Assembly (NCBI GenBank): GCA_019058365.1
Contig: JAHPZE010000001.1
Coordinates: 256,001 to 320,000, forward strand
Direction: 5' to 3'
Source: Promethearchaeota archaeon
GTDB taxonomy: Archaea; Asgardarchaeota; Lokiarchaeia; Sigyniarchaeales; SOKP01
DNA: 64,000 nt
A program made the translations under genes and the position numbers. Shown one piece after another: positions 18,511 to 28,904 of this stretch. Within the stretch, counting starts at the first letter, position 1, and the number at the start of each line of letters is the position of its first letter. The notes below the pieces were generated by a model. That model was not told the DNA's origin, searched no databases, and worked only from the letters and a program-made list of their open reading frames with translations.

Positions 18511-21500
18511 TTGGCAATTTCCCTAATATCCATAAAAAAATTAGCAAATTTTAATACTTTTAAATTATTTTATTATCAAAAATTAGAGATTACGGTTATT
18601 CTATTGATTCGACGAAAAAAAGAGATAAAACGACTGTTCTTTACTACACTTATCATTACTACAATTTGTTTGTCTAATGTGCAGATCTTAAATAATTTTA
18701 TCGTAGTTAACAATGAAAATGCAAATAATAAAAATATCGAAAATGTATTAGATGAACTTCTTCTTAGTTCTAACCGTAATGTAGATGATAATATTACTGG
18801 TTCTGGTGTTAATCAAGACATCAGAATTTATGTAAGTAATCAATCGGAAAATTTACAAAACAACGAGGGATATTTTGAAATCCCTTCAGATCCTACAGAA
18901 GATATGTTTCTTACATATGGGGATTTTAATTTTACATTTCAAAATAACTTTACCACAGATTACGTTATAGAAAATAATGATGCTCTTTACGCAGATGATT
19001 TTATCGCTTTTGATTATAACACTGGTTACTCTGGTATTACTTTCACAAATGGTTCAGTATTAGATGGAGGATATGGACGCTTAATAGATAATAATAATGG
19101 GACATATATTATTGTTGATGCTCCTAATGGAGTATTAAATTTTACGATAACAGCTAATTATACTGATACAACATATACATCTGGAGTAATCAATGGTAAT
19201 GTGGAGTTTGATCGGACTCATATTTTAGGTTTAATTTCATCTTTAGTTTTAACAATTGAGAATGATGAAGATGTAAACTTAACAGTAAGGATTAAAAATA
19301 TTTCAGACTCTACTTGGAAAGAATTGATAACTAATTTATTTATTAATGGTAGTTTGGGCATACAGAAATTAAAACAAAGATTTATTAATGAAAATTTAGA
19401 TTTCATTAATCTTGGTAATGAATGTGAAATTCAGTTTATTTTAGAAAGAGGCGATTCTTTTATTACTCATTTGCATGAATATGACTTACAATCTACCTAT
19501 GCTTTCGATCTTCCAGTGACTAATCAATCTTACGTTGCTTTAGAGTTTGATTTGAAAGGAGTAAAATCAGCAGTTCATGGTTTTTATGCATGGATAAGAA
19601 CTCTCGATCTTAATGAAGTTGCTACTACTCAATTGAATATTACCTTATATAGAGCTAATAGAACTGTTGTAAGAACCGATACTAATTTAAGAACTATTAA
19701 ACTAGGTCCAAATTATGATGACATGATAGATTCGGTAATAGTAAATGCCTATTCTAGAGATAATCTTTCCTATTTTAAATTTAATAGTACCAACACGAGT
19801 AAATTGAATCTTTCTAATTATTTTATAGTAATAAAATCTAATAGTTCCAAAGAAGTCTATAGTTTGGTTACACTCCCTTGGTTTAGTTATGGAGATAAGA
19901 AAACTGAACATCAATTAAAAACGACTATAGATGATGGAAACACTTGGATAAATGCTAAAAAAGTTGTTGAAACTGACTATCGACCATATACATCGGGACA
20001 GCTAGATGCTAGTTCTTTTATGTTGAATGTCACACGAGGATATATGCCCTCAGATTTCATTATGAATGATAATTATACTTTGAGAATTCAGGATTTACCA
20101 CTTGCAAATTTAGAGATTGATACATTCCCTTTTAATGATAGTTCCTTCTTAACTTGGGGTTTAGGTCAGTGGAAATACAATTTCTCAACTCCTATTGAAG
20201 ATGATCTATCAAATAATTTTAAAGTGGACCTTACTTGGAATAAAACATTAATTAAAGGTTTTAAGTTCAATATCACTTATTCTGCAAATGCTTACTGGAT
20301 TGAAAATGCTACAACTACCTATACTGCAAAATATAACGATGATCCAGAATGGTTATATACTTACGATTTTGATATTGATAACCCATTGTTCAATAATTGG
20401 AATTTTTTTGAATTTTGGTTTACTTTTCCTGATTTTCTTATTTTTCATAATGTTACAAATCCAAATGATGAGAAAATCCTCCCTTATAATGCTACACAAA
20501 CTACTTTAAGCGATAACCCAAGTAAGGATAAAATCGTAATCCCTAGTAATTTAGCAACACAAAGTGGATTGTATATACTTAATTTAACTTCATATAATTT
20601 TATCTCCGCGATATATAGTTATATTAATTTCAAAGGGTTATTATGGGAATCAAATGGTTTTATGGATGGAGACAATATTTCTATTAGTGCTAATATACAA
20701 GACCCTAATTCTAACCCACCATTAAGTGGTGATATGAATGCTATTCTTTTTTATCCTAATGGCACACAATTTCGTGAATTAAATTCTTCTATTGGTTTAA
20801 TTCAACAATCCAGATTATTATATGATTTTGATAATCAGACAATTTTAGATTTAACAAATGATCTCACTATTTTTGGAGAATATCATTTAGGATTCTTTTG
20901 GTTTAATGGTTCTGCTATTGGATGTAAAAAATTAACAGTCTTTATTGATACTTATGATATTGAGTTGTATGACTGTAAATATTATTCTCAGATAGGCACA
21001 AATGTTCTTGATGGAGAAATAAAAAACAAGGTATTCCAAAATTATACTGCATTGATTGCTTCTATAAACGAAACAACGGGTATTTCAATGCCAAATTTTT
21101 ATCCAATTAATAATTCTGATGTAGATTCACAATTTTCTTATGAAATAGGAGGTCAAGAACTGCCAATATTGTTGTCTTCATTTAGACAGAGTGAAAATAT
21201 CTTAAATCCAAACGAAACTGTTAATATACACGTAACGCTCCAAAATTTACATCCATTTATCCCTGTGGATGTGAAAATTGATGTGAAACTGGTATCATAC
21301 ATAAATGAAGATTGGGTTATAGCTGAAAATACATCAGATTCGGCGCTTTTATATTTTTCAGGCCATCCTCAAGAAAGTTATGAATTTAGTGTCGATCTTA
21401 AAATTCCAGATTTGGATGCAGCTACTAATTTCTGGGCAGGAACAAATGCTCCAATCAGATTAGGGGGGGCAAAAACAATAGTAACCATTTATATCGATAA

Positions 21501-22710
21501 TTTTACTATTGGAGAGTTCAAGAGTACAGATTACTCATTATTGAGTAATGAAACTTCTAATAATTTTGAAGGATATATTCTTGGACTGAGAGTAGCTGAA
21601 GAAGCAACAAGTAGGTCTATCATATATGATTTTGAACGAGATGAATGCCTTTACTTTCCTAAAAATTCAACATTTTTAGTTAATATAATCGATCAAAATT
21701 ACGTAAGTAGCTATGAACAATTTATAGGTGAATTTTCTTTAAAACTTAATAGTCAATTCACAAATATATCTATAAACCCTAATAATCCCATTAAAGGCCT
21801 AAGTTTTAATTTAAGCTCCATTTTAACCACAGAGTTTGGAGAAGAATTATCAGAGAAGAATATAACTTGTCAATATTTTGATAATAACGATAATTGGATT
21901 AATATTGGTTCTGATATTACGAACCCAGATGGATTTACAGCATTTCTTATAAACACTCAAACACTTGATTTTGAAGGTGATTTATTACTTAGATTAATAT
22001 GGGATGGAGATTCTATTAATGGAGTCTCAAAAAATATTACAGTTAATGTTATCCATGAATCAAATAATCTCTCTATATCAATTATCTCATTGGATGTTCT
22101 TATCTATCGAGGTAAAGATGCGGAGCTCAGGGTTTTTCTTACTAATATAGGAAATTCGACTTTAAGAATAATTAATATCTCTATTGAATTTAATCATGAA
22201 TTATATAATTCTATTGTTGAAATTGATTATTTAGTGTTAGAACGGTTTTCACCTGGAGAAAGCACCAATTTCATTGTTGAAATGCTAGTAGGAGATATTG
22301 GTAACTTTGAAATTTCGATTTCAATAACAGCACAAAATATCATAACTAATGAATCTATAATTTCTTTAAAAGAAGCATCATTTCAAACATATAGTCCTCT
22401 AATCTATGATTATTTCATTGAATTCTTTTTTGTTATTATAATAGGTATTTTAGCCTTAGTTTGGATAGTGGCATTTTTCTATGCTCGAAGAATAAAAAGA
22501 CTTATTGAAACTCCGATTGAAGAACCTATGAGAAGGAAGCCAAGAAAGCAAAGATATGTTCCAGTCTCCGAATTGAAAAAACCTACTCCTATCAAAATAC
22601 CCCTAAAGACAAAAGAAGCTGCAAAAGAGGTAGAAGAAGAGAAAGTAGATTTAGATTCTCTGTTAGAAGAACGAGGTTTGGTAGATAAAAAGAAAAAACC
22701 AAAAGAGTGA
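18511..22710 (+). CDS. Large secreted, C-terminally membrane-anchored surface protein
   Basis: N-terminal basic + hydrophobic signal (start probably the TTG at 18604), beta-rich Asn/Thr/Ser body with many NxS/T sequons, one TM helix near the C-terminus, charged tail. Confidence 0.75.
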   Translation: MAISLISIKKLANFNTFKLFYYQKLEITVILLIRRKKEIKRLFFTTLIITTICLSNVQILNNFIVVNNENANNKNIENVLDELLLSSNRNVDDNITGSGVNQDIRIYVSNQSENLQNNEGYFEIPSDPTEDMFLTYGDFNFTFQNNFTTDYVIENNDALYADDFIAFDYNTGYSGITFTNGSVLDGGYGRLIDNNNGTYIIVDAPNGVLNFTITANYTDTTYTSGVINGNVEFDRTHILGLISSLVLTIENDEDVNLTVRIKNISDSTWKELITNLFINGSLGIQKLKQRFINENLDFINLGNECEIQFILERGDSFITHLHEYDLQSTYAFDLPVTNQSYVALEFDLKGVKSAVHGFYAWIRTLDLNEVATTQLNITLYRANRTVVRTDTNLRTIKLGPNYDDMIDSVIVNAYSRDNLSYFKFNSTNTSKLNLSNYFIVIKSNSSKEVYSLVTLPWFSYGDKKTEHQLKTTIDDGNTWINAKKVVETDYRPYTSGQLDASSFMLNVTRGYMPSDFIMNDNYTLRIQDLPLANLEIDTFPFNDSSFLTWGLGQWKYNFSTPIEDDLSNNFKVDLTWNKTLIKGFKFNITYSANAYWIENATTTYTAKYNDDPEWLYTYDFDIDNPLFNNWNFFEFWFTFPDFLIFHNVTNPNDEKILPYNATQTTLSDNPSKDKIVIPSNLATQSGLYILNLTSYNFISAIYSYINFKGLLWESNGFMDGDNISISANIQDPNSNPPLSGDMNAILFYPNGTQFRELNSSIGLIQQSRLLYDFDNQTILDLTNDLTIFGEYHLGFFWFNGSAIGCKKLTVFIDTYDIELYDCKYYSQIGTNVLDGEIKNKVFQNYTALIASINETTGISMPNFYPINNSDVDSQFSYEIGGQELPILLSSFRQSENILNPNETVNIHVTLQNLHPFIPVDVKIDVKLVSYINEDWVIAENTSDSALLYFSGHPQESYEFSVDLKIPDLDAATNFWAGTNAPIRLGGAKTIVTIYIDNFTIGEFKSTDYSLLSNETSNNFEGYILGLRVAEEATSRSIIYDFERDECLYFPKNSTFLVNIIDQNYVSSYEQFIGEFSLKLNSQFTNISINPNNPIKGLSFNLSSILTTEFGEELSEKNITCQYFDNNDNWINIGSDITNPDGFTAFLINTQTLDFEGDLLLRLIWDGDSINGVSKNITVNVIHESNNLSISIISLDVLIYRGKDAELRVFLTNIGNSTLRIINISIEFNHELYNSIVEIDYLVLERFSPGESTNFIVEMLVGDIGNFEISISITAQNIITNESIISLKEASFQTYSPLIYDYFIEFFFVIIIGILALVWIVAFFYARRIKRLIETPIEEPMRRKPRKQRYVPVSELKKPTPIKIPLKTKEAAKEVEEEKVDLDSLLEERGLVDKKKKPKE

Positions 22711-22765
22711 AGTTCCTTCACTCAACTTTTTACTCAATCTTTTTTAAAAAAAAGAGATTAGAAAA

Positions 22766-23119
22766 TTATAAATTGGATATTGAAATTAAATTTCTCTTTA
22801 AAAGCCCTAAGGAACTCCTACCATCAACTCCCGCTAAGGCAATTAATACACTTTTTTCTGAACCAACTAAAACAGCATAACCTAGTTCAAGTTCAATGGT
22901 AGTAGTCTTTAAAGAACCTTTTCCAATATCTTTGCCTAAATTGTTAGAATCCTTAATAATTGTAGCACAAGCTTTTGCAATCTTTGCATGATCCATATCT
23001 GTAATCGTTTGACCTACTAATACTTTTCCATTCGCATCAGCAGCTATCAAACCTTCCGTTTCTGGCACAATATCCATAAGTTCTGCTAATTTCTGTTCAA
23101 GAACTTTTTTATCAACCAT
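22766..23119 (-). CDS. Roadblock/LC7 (MglB-like) domain protein
   Basis: 117 aa with helix-beta-beta-helix-beta3-helix pattern: EGLIAADANGKVL ... SLGLLKRNL. Confidence 0.8.
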   Translation of the reverse strand: MVDKKVLEQKLAELMDIVPETEGLIAADANGKVLVGQTITDMDHAKIAKACATIIKDSNNLGKDIGKGSLKTTTIELELGYAVLVGSEKSVLIALAGVDGRSSLGLLKRNLISISNL

Positions 23120-23271
23120 AGTATTTTTCTCATATCATGTAATTTTCAATAGATTTGAATTCTGAAATTGGTAAAGAAATTATCTTAAATAAATATATAG
23201 TTAAATATATCGTTTAAGCAATTTAAATTTATATTTTGGAATAAAAAAGGAAAAGGTGAAAAAATAACTAA

Positions 23272-23580
23272 TTATTTAAGAATAATTAAAATTAGATTCT
23301 CTTCTAGTGCTATCATTGTTTCTCTTGATTCTCCACCTGCAGATGTTTCTAAGCGTATAAAATTAAGTGAACCTTCGTTTAATGCTTCAACGACTTGACG
23401 TCCTTTACCGATAAGTGAAGTTACATAAGCAGCAATTTCTTCTGAGAGATTAATGTCCATATTTGAATCTATTGGCAAACCTGATGAATCACAGATGATT
23501 ACTCCACGAATTCCTTCTCTTTCTTCGAAGCGTCGAATTATAGCTTTCACTTCCGCTCTATTAATCAAACTTTGCAACAC
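23272..23580 (-). CDS. Roadblock/LC7 domain protein
   Basis: EGIRGVIICDSSGLPIDSN...IAAYVTSL...LNFIRLET resembles dynein light chain roadblock. Confidence 0.85.
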   Translation of the reverse strand: MLQSLINRAEVKAIIRRFEEREGIRGVIICDSSGLPIDSNMDINLSEEIAAYVTSLIGKGRQVVEALNEGSLNFIRLETSAGGESRETMIALEENLILIILK

Positions 23581-23687
23581 CTTGAGAAATATATTCTAAA
23601 TTTTTAATATTATAATAGAGTTTAAGGTTTTTAAAAATTTATATTAAAATTTTAAAAAATAAATATTTTTATGAGTATATGTCTAAG

Positions 23688-24335
23688 CTAAGTATCATTA
23701 TCTTCTAAAAAATAGTTCTTAAACATATTTAACCTTCTTTCTTCACCAACAGAAGTAATACCCATATGACCTGGAAATATTAAGAAATTGTCATTTACTT
23801 CCGGATTATACATAATTTTCTTTTTAATACTTTCAAATAAAAGACGTGAATCTCCTCCTCTGAGGTCTGATCTACCAATACTTCGACGGAAGATTAAATC
23901 GCCAGTAAAAATTACACCTTCAATTTTCTGACCTTCATATTCCTTAGGATCTTTTGAGTAATAAGACAACGCACCCGGAGAGTGTCCTGGAGTTTCAAGC
24001 ACATGTATAGTCAATTCTCCAACATGGATAGAATCTCCTTCAGTAAGCCATTTATCTGCCTTTTTTTGAGTAAAGACTCCAGAATCAAACTCTTTTTTAC
24101 TGTACATAAGAGGAATTTCAAAATATCGTAATATTTTTCCAAGCTTTAAAGTATGATCATAATGACCATGAGTTAAAAGTAATTTGATTGGTTTTACGTT
24201 AAGCTTTTCTATAACATTAATAATTGTCTCAGGTTCTCCACCCACATCAATAATCACTACTTTATTAGTTTCACTTGAGCCAAAAATATAGGTGTTTGTA
24301 CCGAGAGGTCCTACAATAAGTCTTTTTAATATCAA
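23688..24335 (-). CDS. MBL-fold metallohydrolase (glyoxalase II/YcbL-like)
   Basis: THGHYDH, TPGHSPG, FTGD, PGH. Confidence 0.92.
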   Translation of the reverse strand: MILKRLIVGPLGTNTYIFGSSETNKVVIIDVGGEPETIINVIEKLNVKPIKLLLTHGHYDHTLKLGKILRYFEIPLMYSKKEFDSGVFTQKKADKWLTEGDSIHVGELTIHVLETPGHSPGALSYYSKDPKEYEGQKIEGVIFTGDLIFRRSIGRSDLRGGDSRLLFESIKKKIMYNPEVNDNFLIFPGHMGITSVGEERRLNMFKNYFLEDNDT

Positions 24336-24383
24336 AAGAATTACACTTCTTTGAGAATTAAAGGTCGAAAAAAAATAAAGAAT

Positions 24384-24734
24384 TTATTTTTTAACCATAT
24401 TATTAATTTCATTTAATTTCTCGTAGACATCTAAGCCCTTCTTTGTTAGTTTAATAGTTTTTACCTTATTTGTATTGGTAATCTCTATAAGCCCTTTTTT
24501 AATTAATTCATCTTTTACCCGAAAGAATGAGTTGTAGTACGAAAATTTATTCAATTCGTTATAAAACAAATGCTTATCAGTTTGGTAATCTTTTTGATTA
24601 ATCAACACGGCGAGGGTGTCTTTAAACCCCTTTTTCTTTAATAACGAAATTAATTCTTCAAATATCAAGTTCCCATACCTAATTAAAATGTTTAAAATAG
24701 TTAGACTATTTTGTAATTGAAAATTAAAAGCCAT
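24384..24734 (-). CDS. Winged-helix DNA-binding protein
   Basis: FFRVKDELIKKGLIEI...IKLTKKGLDV wing motif; true start probably the TTG near 24668 (IFEELISLL). Confidence 0.7.
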   Translation of the reverse strand: MAFNFQLQNSLTILNILIRYGNLIFEELISLLKKKGFKDTLAVLINQKDYQTDKHLFYNELNKFSYYNSFFRVKDELIKKGLIEITNTNKVKTIKLTKKGLDVYEKLNEINNMVKK

Positions 24735-24917
24735 TAAAAAACCTTATGATCAGAATTTTTAAGTTCATCTATAAATTACTCTATAGAAATTTAATTTGGA
24801 TCTTTTTTTTAAATAAAGTCTGAAAAATCTTAGTATGTTTTCGATCAAAGAATCTTAATATTAAACAATGTTTACATATTTTTATATTCCCTAGCGTTAA
24901 GATTTCTTTTATGTATT

Positions 24918-24955
24918 TGGGAAATGGTGGGAAAAAGATGGGAAAAGCTTAAATA
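24918..24955 (+). promoter_or_regulatory. Three phased TGGGAAA direct repeats abutting a BRE/TATA (AAAAG-CTTAAATA)
   Basis: TGGGAAA at 24918, 24928 and 24939 (10-11 nt period), directly followed by a TATA-like box ~25 nt before the ATG at 24979. Confidence 0.55.
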
Positions 24956-24978
24956 GAATTAACTTCTATAAATCTATA

Positions 24979-25158
24979 ATGAATAGAGAAAAGTTAAATG
25001 AACAAATAATTAGAGGTGATAATAAAAACTTAAGTATTAGTTCAATTATAGTTCAAAGTATTGAGGAAAGTGATAGGAAAGTCAATGAAATTCCCAAATT
25101 AAAATTCTATAAGATCAAAGAGAGAATTTTGGAGAGTTTTATCAATACTATAAAGTAA
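24979..25158 (+). CDS. Small hypothetical protein (59 aa), not in ORF track
   Basis: MNREKLNEQIIRGDNKNLSISSIIVQSIEESDRKVNEIPKLKFYKIKERILESFINTIK; TATA at leaderless spacing upstream. Confidence 0.5.
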   Translation: MNREKLNEQIIRGDNKNLSISSIIVQSIEESDRKVNEIPKLKFYKIKERILESFINTIK

Positions 25159-25272
25159 TGAATAAATGGGAAAATTACAAACCCATCATAATTTCAACTT
25201 TTTCTTATATCTTGATTTTGTATATTTTTAACAATAATTTCTTAATTATTTATTTGTTTTATTACTATATCT

Positions 25273-26163
25273 ATGAAAAAAGACTACCAAGATATAATAA
25301 TTTTAGGCCACATTGCACGTGATATCATAGAAATAGATGGTATCAATTATACTTCATTAGGTGGTGCAGTTTATTATGGGGGAATTGCTGGTAGTCATAT
25401 GGGTCTTAAAATAACCATTATCACAAGATTGAAAATAGATGATTTCTCATTATTAAGTATTTTTACAAAAAATGGAGTTAAATATTATGCTTATCCTTCT
25501 GAGGAAACTTCCGGCTTAAAAAATATTTATTCTTCAAACAATATTGAGTTTAGAACCTATGAGCCACTCGGATTTGCAGGATTATTTAAAAAAGAAGAGA
25601 TTCCAAATGTAAATGCTAAATTTTTTGTTATTGGTCCTATTATAGCAGGTGAAATCGATTTAAGATTATTAGATTACTTGTATAAGAAATATCCAGAAAA
25701 ACTCTGTTTGGATATTCAAGGATTTATTAGGTTGAGGGAACAAGGGAAAGTCTTTTACCGAGATCTCTCAGAAAATGATAAGAAGGAAATTTTATCTAAA
25801 GTAGTTGTATTAAAACTTGATCAAAAGGAGACAGAAATTATTACTTGTCAAAATGATATTAATATAGCTGCAAAACAATTAGCTGAGTTTGGACCAAAAG
25901 AAATTTTAATTACTCATGAGAAGGGAATTTCTGTATATACATCTAACAATTCATATTTTTTTCCATGGAAAAACAAAAAATCAGACGGTCGGACGGGGAG
26001 GGGAGATACAGCATTCATTAGTTATTTGGGTTCGAGATTAACTAGGAATCCCGAAGAATCTTTAAAGTATGCCGCAGCTCTTACATCTCTTAAATTAGAG
26101 CATCCAGGACCTTTCATGTTACCGTTGTATCAGGTAGAAGAATTAATTAAAAAGGAGTATTGA
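25273..26163 (+). CDS. PfkB-family carbohydrate kinase
   Basis: LGHIARD...SLGGAVYY and C-terminal GRTGRGDTAF. Confidence 0.85.
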   Translation: MKKDYQDIIILGHIARDIIEIDGINYTSLGGAVYYGGIAGSHMGLKITIITRLKIDDFSLLSIFTKNGVKYYAYPSEETSGLKNIYSSNNIEFRTYEPLGFAGLFKKEEIPNVNAKFFVIGPIIAGEIDLRLLDYLYKKYPEKLCLDIQGFIRLREQGKVFYRDLSENDKKEILSKVVVLKLDQKETEIITCQNDINIAAKQLAEFGPKEILITHEKGISVYTSNNSYFFPWKNKKSDGRTGRGDTAFISYLGSRLTRNPEESLKYAAALTSLKLEHPGPFMLPLYQVEELIKKEY

Positions 26164-26170
26164 TTCTAAT

Positions 26171-26926
26171 ATGAGGGTTGGGGGAATAATTGATATCTCA
26201 ACAAAAGATATTCCTCAAAAATCGGCAATGGTAATTTTTACAGTTGGTTGTAATTTAAGTTGTGGATTTTGTCATAACAAACATTTGCTAAATAAGGATG
26301 TAGGACGCGATATTGGAATAAATGCATTAATTGATAATGTTAAATGCAATTTATTAGTGAGTGGAGTAAGTATCAGTGGAGGAGAACCCACACTTCAAAA
26401 TGATTTACTAAATTTATGTAAAGAAATTAAAAAGCTTGGAAAATATATAAATATTGATACCAATGGCACAAATCCACAAGTTATAAAGCAACTCTTTCCA
26501 TATATTAATAGGATTGCTTTAGATTTAAAAGGACCTTTAAAACCTCAAAGACTTAAACAGATCACTGGGAGTGTAGTTGATCCTAAATTAGTAATTCAAA
26601 CTATCAATCTTGTGAATAAACAAAAAGAGATCGATTTTGAAATCAGAACAACATATGTTGGAAATTTAATGAAACCTCAGGATATATATAAGATTATTGC
26701 TTTTCTTAAAAAAGCTCATTTTCGAGGAAATTTTGTTTTACAGCAATATCAATATTCAGAAAATGTTGGAAAAAAATATAAAGAGATTTATTATATACCT
26801 GAACATATTACTTTATTAAACATTCTTAACCGCTATAAAACATCAAAATTTCCTTTTGGGATATTTATTCGGGATAATGTGGTTGGTTATAGTAATATCA
26901 ATGATATAAATGTTAATGGTTTTTAA
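26171..26926 (+). CDS. Radical SAM glycyl-radical activating enzyme (NrdG/PflA-like)
   Basis: VIFTVGCNLSCGFCHN, SISGGEPTLQ, IDTNG, ALDLK, FEIRTT. Confidence 0.9.
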   Translation: MRVGGIIDISTKDIPQKSAMVIFTVGCNLSCGFCHNKHLLNKDVGRDIGINALIDNVKCNLLVSGVSISGGEPTLQNDLLNLCKEIKKLGKYINIDTNGTNPQVIKQLFPYINRIALDLKGPLKPQRLKQITGSVVDPKLVIQTINLVNKQKEIDFEIRTTYVGNLMKPQDIYKIIAFLKKAHFRGNFVLQQYQYSENVGKKYKEIYYIPEHITLLNILNRYKTSKFPFGIFIRDNVVGYSNINDINVNGF

Positions 26927-27028
26927 TTGATTTAGTCTCGATTTTTGATTTCATACCATAGAATACACCGATTCGGCAGAGTAATATTATTATTTGGATT
27001 ACAATAATTAATTTTTAGAACTATTTAA

Positions 27029-27874
27029 TTATTTTAATCCATATTTAGGCTTTCTTTTTCCAAAGAAGGCACTAGAAGCCTCATTTAGATCTTTTGAGGA
27101 GAAACTTAAAACAATTGAACTATTTTCAAATTGCAAAATATTATTTAAACTTGGAGAATCTAATGACAAATTAAGGGCTTCTTTTGTCATACGTAAACCT
27201 AAAGGACTTTTAGTTAGTAATTCTTCCGCTAATTTAAATACTTCATCCAATAATCTTTCTTTCTTTACAACTTTTAGGACAAATCCAATCTTCTCAGCTT
27301 CTTTTCCAGAAACGCCTCTCCCACTATAGATGATTTCAGTAGCTCTTGAAAGATTAATAAGACGAGGAAGGAAATAACTACTTCCCATATCCGCGCCTGT
27401 TAAACCAATATTAATGGAAGCATTTATAAAATTGACATCTTCACTCGCAATTCTAATGTCAGAAGCCATTGCGAATCCAAATCCACCTCCCGCTACTGAA
27501 CCATGAACAGCAGCTATGATTGGTTGGGAAATTTTTCTCATTTTCATAATAATTTGAGTTATACGCCATTGATGATACATTTTTCTTTTTATTGGTTCTG
27601 ACATATTCAAGAAATAAAATTTTTCATATCCTTCTGGATTCTTTTTCGAATTCAAGATTAGACCTTCTTGTAAATCTGTTCCTGCTGAAAAGGCTCTTCC
27701 CTCCCCCCGTAGAATCAATACCCGACAATCTAAATTCACCATTAATTCATCTAATATTTGATGAAGTTCTTCTTCCATTTGAAATGAGATCGCATTTAAT
27801 TTTTTAGGTCTATTTAAACTTAAAATACCTATGCCATTTTCTCGTATTTCAAATTTGAGAGTCTCATATTCCAT
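27029..27874 (-). CDS. Crotonase/enoyl-CoA hydratase family protein
   Basis: LNRPKKLNA, FSAGTDL, PIIAAVHG...GGG...SDIRIA. Confidence 0.92.
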   Translation of the reverse strand: MEYETLKFEIRENGIGILSLNRPKKLNAISFQMEEELHQILDELMVNLDCRVLILRGEGRAFSAGTDLQEGLILNSKKNPEGYEKFYFLNMSEPIKRKMYHQWRITQIIMKMRKISQPIIAAVHGSVAGGGFGFAMASDIRIASEDVNFINASINIGLTGADMGSSYFLPRLINLSRATEIIYSGRGVSGKEAEKIGFVLKVVKKERLLDEVFKLAEELLTKSPLGLRMTKEALNLSLDSPSLNNILQFENSSIVLSFSSKDLNEASSAFFGKRKPKYGLK

Positions 27875-27899
27875 ATTTTTTCACGCTTTTTTCAGTTAT

Positions 27900-28760
27900 T
27901 CATGACTTTGGATAATGTGGTTTCCTCTTTTCAAAAAACGCATTAATCCCTTCCAAAAGATCAGTAGATGTTGAACATAGCATCTGCGAACGATTTTCTA
28001 TTTGCATTACTGTGTCAAGACTAGGTGAATCAAGTGATATATTAATAGCTTCTTTTGTCATTCTAAGCCCGAGTGGACTTTTCGTAAGTAAATTTTCTGC
28101 AATTTCAATTGCGGCTTCTAATAATTTAATCTCATCACCTTCTACTACTTTTAGAATGAGTCCAATTTCCTCTGCTTCTTTAGCATCTACAAAACGCCCT
28201 GTATATAATATTTCAGCGGCTCGAGACATACCAATTAATCGAGGCAAATAATAACTACTTGCTAAATCGGAACCAGAGAATCCAATATTTATAAATGAAT
28301 TTGCTAATTTTGCATTTTCTCCTGCAATTCTTATATCTGCTGCTAAACATAAAGTAAATCCTGCTCCTGTTGCAGGGCCTTGGATAACTGCAATAATAGG
28401 TTGACTAATTTTCCTCATTTTAATAATTAGATGACTAGCTCTAGATTGTGCGTAAATCTTGGCTTTAATAGTATCTTTATCTGGAGCCCTCATGAAGAAA
28501 AACTTTTTTTTGAGCTCTTCTGGTTTTTTTTTAGATTGAAGGACTGTAGATTCTCTTAGATCTAATCCCGCACAAAAAGCTTTACCCTCTGCTCTTAAAA
28601 TAAGAACACGACAATCTAAATTAATTATTAACCCATCAAAAATGGAATGCAAATCTTCAATCATTTGAAAATTCAATGCATTTAATTTATCTGGACGGTT
28701 TAGAGTTAATATACCAATTCCATCTTCTCTCAATTCAAATTTTAAAGTTTCAAAATTCAA
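27900..28760 (-). CDS. Crotonase/enoyl-CoA hydratase family protein (tandem paralogue)
   Basis: LNRPDKLNAL, FCAGLDL, PIIAVIQG; closely similar to the neighbouring gene. Confidence 0.92.
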   Translation of the reverse strand: MNFETLKFELREDGIGILTLNRPDKLNALNFQMIEDLHSIFDGLIINLDCRVLILRAEGKAFCAGLDLRESTVLQSKKKPEELKKKFFFMRAPDKDTIKAKIYAQSRASHLIIKMRKISQPIIAVIQGPATGAGFTLCLAADIRIAGENAKLANSFINIGFSGSDLASSYYLPRLIGMSRAAEILYTGRFVDAKEAEEIGLILKVVEGDEIKLLEAAIEIAENLLTKSPLGLRMTKEAINISLDSPSLDTVMQIENRSQMLCSTSTDLLEGINAFFEKRKPHYPKS

Positions 28761-28904
28761 TTTTCAAACCTCGAAATTATTATAATTATCTTATCTAGAT
28801 ATCTTACATAAGATTAATTAACTTAAAAATCCATAAAAAGTAATTTAATATTTAATGATTAAATAAACATATTTAACCTAATATTCTTAATTCAAAATTA
28901 AATA

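Noticed and set aside
24918-24945. Resemblance of the TGGGA repeats to bacterial MraZ boxes or the eukaryotic CSL site
   Set aside because: Neither factor is encoded here, and a short motif match is not evidence; kept only as a generic operator candidate.
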